From Utricularia gibba (lineage: Eukaryota > Plantae > Magnoliophyta): a DNA stretch of 16,189 nucleotides. Positions within the stretch are counted from its first letter, which is position 1, and each line of letters starts with the position of its first letter. The translations under genes and the position numbers were made by a program. Below, piece after piece: positions 10,746 to 16,189 of this stretch. The notes beneath the pieces are model-generated. The model ran no database searches. It saw nothing but the letters and a program-made list of their open reading frames with translations, and was not told the origin of the DNA. The stretch is from contig NEEC01000441.1 in the NCBI GenBank assembly GCA_002189035.1, positions 1 through 16,189 of the forward strand. Direction: 5' to 3'.

Positions 10746-13700
10746 CCTTGGGTCAGAACGAAGTTCACAACGACATCACCCGCCCAAAAACGACAAGCTT
10801 TTCCTTGAGAAACCATGTAGGCAGCCAATTAAAACCCAACGTTAAGAAATGCATCAAGTTTTTTGCCGAGCACAAATGACTATGGGCCCGAGCTCGACTC
10901 GACCTCCTTCTCGATACCGTTGCCCCACGAGAGCGCCTCCTCAGATATAAAGCATGCGGTTGAGAAAACCATTTTGGGTGCTCATGACATCCTAACTTCA
11001 ATAAGTGCATCACGATTTTCGTCGAGTAGGACCCGATGTGGCAAAGGAGTCAGACCGAACCTTGGGTCAGAACGAAGTTCACAACGACATCACCGCCCAA
11101 AAACGACAAGCTTTTCCTTGAGAAACCATGTAGGCAGCCAATTAAAACCCAACGTTAAGAAATGCATCAAGTTTTTTGCCGAGCCACAAATGACTATGGG
11201 CCCGAGCTCGACTCGACCTCCTTCTCGATACCGTTGCCCCACGAGAGCGCCTCCTCAGATATAAAGCATGCGGTTGAGAAAACCATTTTGGGTGCTCATG
11301 ACATCCTAACTTCAATAAGTGCAGCACGATTTTCGTCGAGTAGGACCCGATGTGGCAAAGGAACCTTGGGTCAGAACGAAGTTCACAACGACATCACCGC
11401 CCAAAAACGACAAGCTTTTCCTTGAGAAACCATGTAGGCAGCCAATTAAAACCCAACGTTAAGAAATGCATCAAGTTTTTTGCCGAGCTACAAATGACTA
11501 TGGGCCCGAGCTCGACTCGACCTCCTTCTCGATACCGTTGCCCCACGAGAGCGCCTCCTCAGATATAAAGCATGCGGTTGAGAAAACCATTTTGGGTGCT
11601 CATGACATCCTAACTTCAATAAGTGCAGCACGATTTTCGTCGAGTAGGACCCGATGTGGCAAAGGAGTCAGACCGAACCTTGGGTCAGAACGAAGTTCAC
11701 AACGACATCACCCGCCCAAAAACGACAAGCTTTTCCTTGAGAAACCATGTAGGCAGCCAATTAAAACCCAACGTTAAGAAATGCATCAAGTTTTTTGCCG
11801 AGCCACAAATGACTATGGGCCCGAGCTCGACTCGACCTCCTTCTCGATACCGTTGCCCCACGAGAGCGCCTCCTCAGATATAAAGCATGCGGTTGAGAAA
11901 ACCATTTTGGGTGCTCATGACATCCTAACTTCAATAAGTGCAGCACGATTTTCGTCGAGTAGGACCCGATGTGGCAAAGGAACCTTGGGTCAGAACGAAG
12001 TTCACAACGACATCACCGCCCAAAAACGACAAGCTTTTCCTTGAGAAACCATGTAGGCAGCCAATTAAAACCCAACGTTAAGAAATGCATCAAGTTTTTT
12101 GCCGAGCACAAATGACTATGGGCCCGAGCTCGACTCGACCTCCTTCTCGATACCGTTGCCCCACGAGAGCGCCTCCTCAGATATAAAGCATGCGGTTGAG
12201 AAAACCATTTTGGGTGCTCATGACATCCTAACTTCAATAAGTGCATCACGATTTTCGTCGAGTAGGACCCGATGTGGCAAAGGAGTCAGACCGAACCTTG
12301 GGTCAGAACGAAGTTCACAACGACATCACCCGCCCAAAAACGACAAGCTTTTCCTTGAGAAACCATGTAGGCAGCCAATTAAAACCCAACGTTAAGAAAT
12401 GCATCAAGTTTTTTGCCGAGCCACAAATGACTATGGGCCCGAGCTCGACTCGACCCCTGCTCGATACCGTTGCCCCACGAGAGCGCCTCCTCAAATATAA
12501 AGCATGCGGTTGAGAAAACCATTTTGGGTGCTCATGACATCCTAACTTCAATAAGTGCAGCACGATTTTCGTCGAGTAGGACCCGATGTGGCAAAGGAGT
12601 CAGACCGAACCTTGGGTCAGAACGAAGTTCACAACGACATCACCCGCCCAAAAACGACAAGCTTTTCCTTGAGAAACCATGTAGGCAGCCAATTAAAACC
12701 CAACGTTAAGAAATGCATCAAGTTTTTTGCCGAGCCACAAATGACTATGGGCCCGAGCTCGACTCGACCTCCTTCTCGATACCGTTGCCCCACGAGAGCG
12801 CCTCCTCAGATATAAAGCATGCGGTTGAGAAAACCATTTTGGGTGCTCATGACATCCTAACTTCAATAAGTGCAGCACGATTTTCGTCGAGTAGGACCCG
12901 ATGTGGCAAGGAACCTTGGGTCAGAACGAAGTTCACAACGACATCACCGCCCAAAAACGACAAGCTTTTCCTTGAGAAACCATGTAGGCAGCCAATTAAA
13001 ACCCAACGTTAAGAATGCATCAAGTTTTTTGCCGAGCCACAAATGACTATGGGCCCGAGCTCGACTCGACCTCCTTCTCGATACCGTTGCCCCACGAGAG
13101 CGCCTCCTCAGATATAAAGCATGCGGTTGAGAAAACCATTTTGGGTGCTCATGACATCCTAACTTCAATAAGTGCATCACGATTTTCGTCGAGTAGGACC
13201 CGATGTGGCAAAGGAGTCAGACCGAACCTTGGGTCAGAACGAAGTTCACAACGACATCACCGCCCAAAAACGACAAGCTTTTCCTTGAGAAACCATGTAG
13301 GCAGCCAATTAAAACCCAACGTTAAGAAATGCATCAAGTTTTTTGCCGAGCCACAAATGACTATGGGCCCGAGCTCGACTCGACCTCCTTCTCGATACCG
13401 TTGCCCCACGAGAGCGCCTCCTCAGATATAAAGCATGCGGTTGAGAAAACCATTTTGGGTGCTCATGACATCCTAACTTCAATAAGTGCAGCACGATTTT
13501 CGTCGAGTAGGACCCGATGTGGCAAAGGGAACCTTGGGTCAGAACGAAGTTCACAACGACATCACCCGCCCAAAAACGACAAGCTTTTCCTTGAGAAACC
13601 ATGTAGGCAGCCAATTAAAACCCAACGTTAAGAAATGCATCAAGTTTTTTGCCGAGCACAAATGACTATGGGCCCGAGCTCGACTCGACCTCCTTCTCGA

Positions 13701-15982
13701 TACCGTTGCCCCACGAGAGCGCCTCCTCAGATATAAAGCATGCGGTTGAGAAAACCATTTTGGGTGCTCATGACATCCTAACTTCAATAAGTGCAGCACG
13801 ATTTTCGTCGAGTAGGACCCGATGTGGCAAAGGAGTCAGACCGAACCTTGGGTCAGAACGAAGTTCACAACGACATCACCGCCCAAAAACGACAAGCTTT
13901 TCCTTGAGAAACCATGTAGGCAGCCAATTAAAACCCAACGTTAAGAAATGCATCAAGTTTTTTGCCGAGCCCAAATGACTATGGGCCCGAGCTCGACTCG
14001 ACTCCTTCTCGATACCGTTGCCCCACGAGAGCGCCTCCTCAGATATAAAGCATGCGGTTGAGAAAACCATTTTGGGGCTCATGACATCCTAACTTCAATA
14101 AGTGCAGCACGATTTTCGTCGAGTAGGACCCGATGTGGCAAAGGAGTCAGACCGAACCTTGGGTCAGAACGAAGTTCACAACGACATCACCCGCCCAAAA
14201 ACGACAAGCTTTTCCTTGAGAAACCATGTAGGCAGCCAATTAAAACCCAACGTTAAGAAATGCATCAAGTTTTTTGCCGAGCCACAAATGACTATGGGCC
14301 CGAGCTCGACTCGACCTCCTTCTCGATACCGTTGCCCACGAGAGCGCCTCCTCAGATATAAAGCATGCGGTTGAGAAAACCATTTTGGGTGCTCATGACA
14401 TCCTAACTTCAATAAGTGCAGCACGATTTTCGTCGAGTAGGACCCGATGTGGCAAAGGAACCTTGGGTCAGAACGAAGTTCACGACATCACCCGCCCAAA
14501 AACGACAAGCTTTTCCTTGAGAAACCATGTAGGCAGCCAATTAAAACCCAACGTTAAGAAATGCATCAAGTTTTTTGCCGAGCACAAATGACTATGGGCC
14601 CGAGCTCGACTCGACCTCCTTCTCGATACCGTTGCCCACGAGAGCGCCTCCTCAGATATAAAGCATGCGGTTGAGAAAACCATTTTGGGTGCTCATGACA
14701 TCCTAACTTCAATAAGTGCATCACGATTTTCGTCGAGTAGGACCCGATGTGGCAAAGGAGTCAGACCGAACCTTGGGTCAGAACGAAGTTCACAACGACA
14801 TCACCGCCCAAAAACGACAAGCTTTTCCTTGAGAAACCATGTAGGCAGCCAATTAAAACCCAACGTTAAGAAATGCATCAAGTTTTTTGCCGAGCCACAA
14901 ATGACTATGGGCCCGAGCTCGACTCGACCTTCTCGATACCGTTGCCCCACGAGAGCGCCTCCTCAGATATAAAGCATGCGGTTGAGAAAACCATTTTGGG
15001 TGCTCATGACATCCTAACTTCAATAAGTGCAGCACGATTTTCGTCGAGTAGGACCCGATGTGAACCTTGGGTCAGAACGAAGTTCACAACGACATCACCG
15101 CCCAAAAACGACAAGCTTTTCCTTGAGAAACCATGTAGGCAGCCAATTAAAACCCAACGTTAAGAAATGCATCAAGTTTTTTGCCGAGCACAAATGACTA
15201 TGGGCCCGAGCTCGACTCGACCTCCTTCTCGATACCGTTGCCCCACGAGAGCGCCTCCTCAGATATAAAGCATGCGGTTGAGAAAACCATTTTGGGTGCT
15301 CATGACATCCTAACTTCAATAAGTGCAGCACGATTTTCGTCGAGTAGGACCCGATGTGGCAAAGGAGTCAGACCGAACCTTGGGTCAGAACGAAGTTCAC
15401 AACGACATCACCCGCCCAAAAACGACAAGCTTTTCCTTGAGAAACCATGTAGGCAGCCAATTAAAACCCAACGTTAAGAAATGCATCAAGTTTTTTGCCG
15501 AGCCACAAATGACTATGGGCCCGAGCTCGACTCGACCTCCTGCTCGATACCGTTGCCCCACGAGAGCGCCTCCTCAATATAAAGCATGCGGTTGAGAAAA
15601 CCATTTTGGGTGCTCATGACATCCTAACTTCAATAAGTGCAGCACGATTTTCGTCGAGTAGGACCCGATGTGGCAAAGGAGTCAGACCGAACCTTGGTCA
15701 GAACGAAGTTCACAACGACATCACCCGCCAAAAACGACAAGCTTTTCCTTGAGAAACCATGTAGGCAGCCAATTAAAACCCAACGTTAAGAAATGCATCA
15801 AGTTTTTTGCCGAGCTACAAATGACTATGGGCCCGAGCTCGACTCGACCTCCTTCTCGATATGCCCACGAGAGCGCCTCCTCAGATATAAAGCATGCGGT
15901 TGAGAAAACCATTTTTGGTGCTATGACATCCTAACTTCAATAAGTGCAGCACGATTTTCGTCGAGTAGGACCCGATGTGGCA
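10746..15982. repeat. 5-monomer higher-order repeat domain (LSLLS; units 11364-12913, 12914-14460, 14461-15982)
   Basis: The L/S state matches at lag 5 for 12 consecutive pairs (M36-M47 vs M41-M52). Rare variants shared by M41 and M51 (lag 10) agree with this phase. Confidence 0.7.
11678..11982. repeat. Reference short (S) monomer, 305 bp
   Basis: Same as L but ends ...GGCAAAGGAA, lacking 10 bp. About 21 monomers are S type; the exact junction GCAAAGGAACC is seen in about 15, and M49 and M52 are ambiguous. Confidence 0.95.
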
Positions 15983-16189
15983 CCTTGGGTCAGAACGAAG
16001 TTCACAACGACATCACCCGCCCAAAAACGACAAGCTTTTCCTTGAGAAACCATGTAGGCAGCCAATTAAAACCCAACGTTAAGAAATGCATCAAGTTTTT
16101 GCCGAGCTACAAATGACTATGGCCCGAGCTCGACTCGACCTCCTTCTCGATACCGTTGCCCCACGAGAGCGCCTCCTCAGATATAAAGC

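Larger units (their letters stand above)
2145..12609. repeat. 11-monomer higher-order repeat domain (LLSLSLSLLLS; units 3076-6464, 6465-9819, partial 9820-12609)
   Basis: The L/S state of monomer i equals that of i+11 for 23 consecutive pairs (M8-M30 vs M19-M41), counting partly deleted junctions as L. SNP support is only partial. Confidence 0.75.
1..16189. repeat. Tandem satellite DNA array, 305/315-bp monomer, 52 complete copies plus one partial, running off both window ends
   Basis: The anchor CCTTGGGTCAGAACGAAG recurs at 1, 316, 612, 913, 1225, 1526, 1841, 2145, 2460 ... 15378, 15692, 15983. Near-identical sequence fills every interval, with no inversion or insertion. The ORF track repeats the same peptides at the same spacing. 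Confidence 0.99.

Noticed and set aside
3-15934. The many 60-190 aa ORFs on both strands as protein-coding genes
   Set aside because: All are translations of the same monomer, with frames reshuffled by the 10-bp indel and by 1-bp errors. No recognisable domain. Longer ORFs such as 10074-10646 arise from chance frameshift read-through.
1-16189. CRISPR array
   Set aside because: There are no unique spacers; the entire ~310-bp unit repeats, and no cas genes are present.
1-16189. Rolling-circle concatemer of one small circle (viroid-like RNA, plasmid or eccDNA amplified in vitro)
   Set aside because: One template would give one unit sequence. Here two precise length classes, linked haplotypes and a change of period coexist, and I saw no extended self-complementarity or ribozyme core. 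In vivo rolling-circle origin of the HOR blocks is not excluded.
1-16189. Strict LS dimer (620 bp) as the array's repeat unit
   Set aside because: Alternation is broken repeatedly by LL and LLL runs; the 11- and 5-monomer periods describe the order better.

Overview
The whole 16,189-bp window is one uninterrupted head-to-tail satellite DNA array: 52 complete monomers plus a partial 53rd, all in the same orientation, with no unique sequence, genes, RNA genes or transposons. I number monomers M1-M53 from each CCTTGGGTCAG. They come in two length classes: long (L, 315 bp) and short (S, 305 bp, lacking GTCAGACCGA). A hand count of M1 gives about 52% AT and 19 CpG. The array has nested structure. 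(1) The monomer is an old, diverged dimer of a ~157-bp unit. (2) L and S are not randomly ordered: an 11-monomer period (LLSLSLSLLLS, ~3.4 kb) covers ~2.1-12.6 kb and changes to a 5-monomer period (LSLLS, ~1.55 kb) over ~10.7-16.0 kb. (3) Linked minor-allele haplotypes recur. Length, AT content and one SacI site per monomer fit what I remember of the Silene latifolia SacI/X43.1 subtelomeric satellite, but this is unverified. Scattered, deletion-biased noise suggests a raw or unpolished long read, so single-copy variants are unreliable. All ORFs in the track are repeated translations of the satellite. All counts were made by eye and need computational confirmation.
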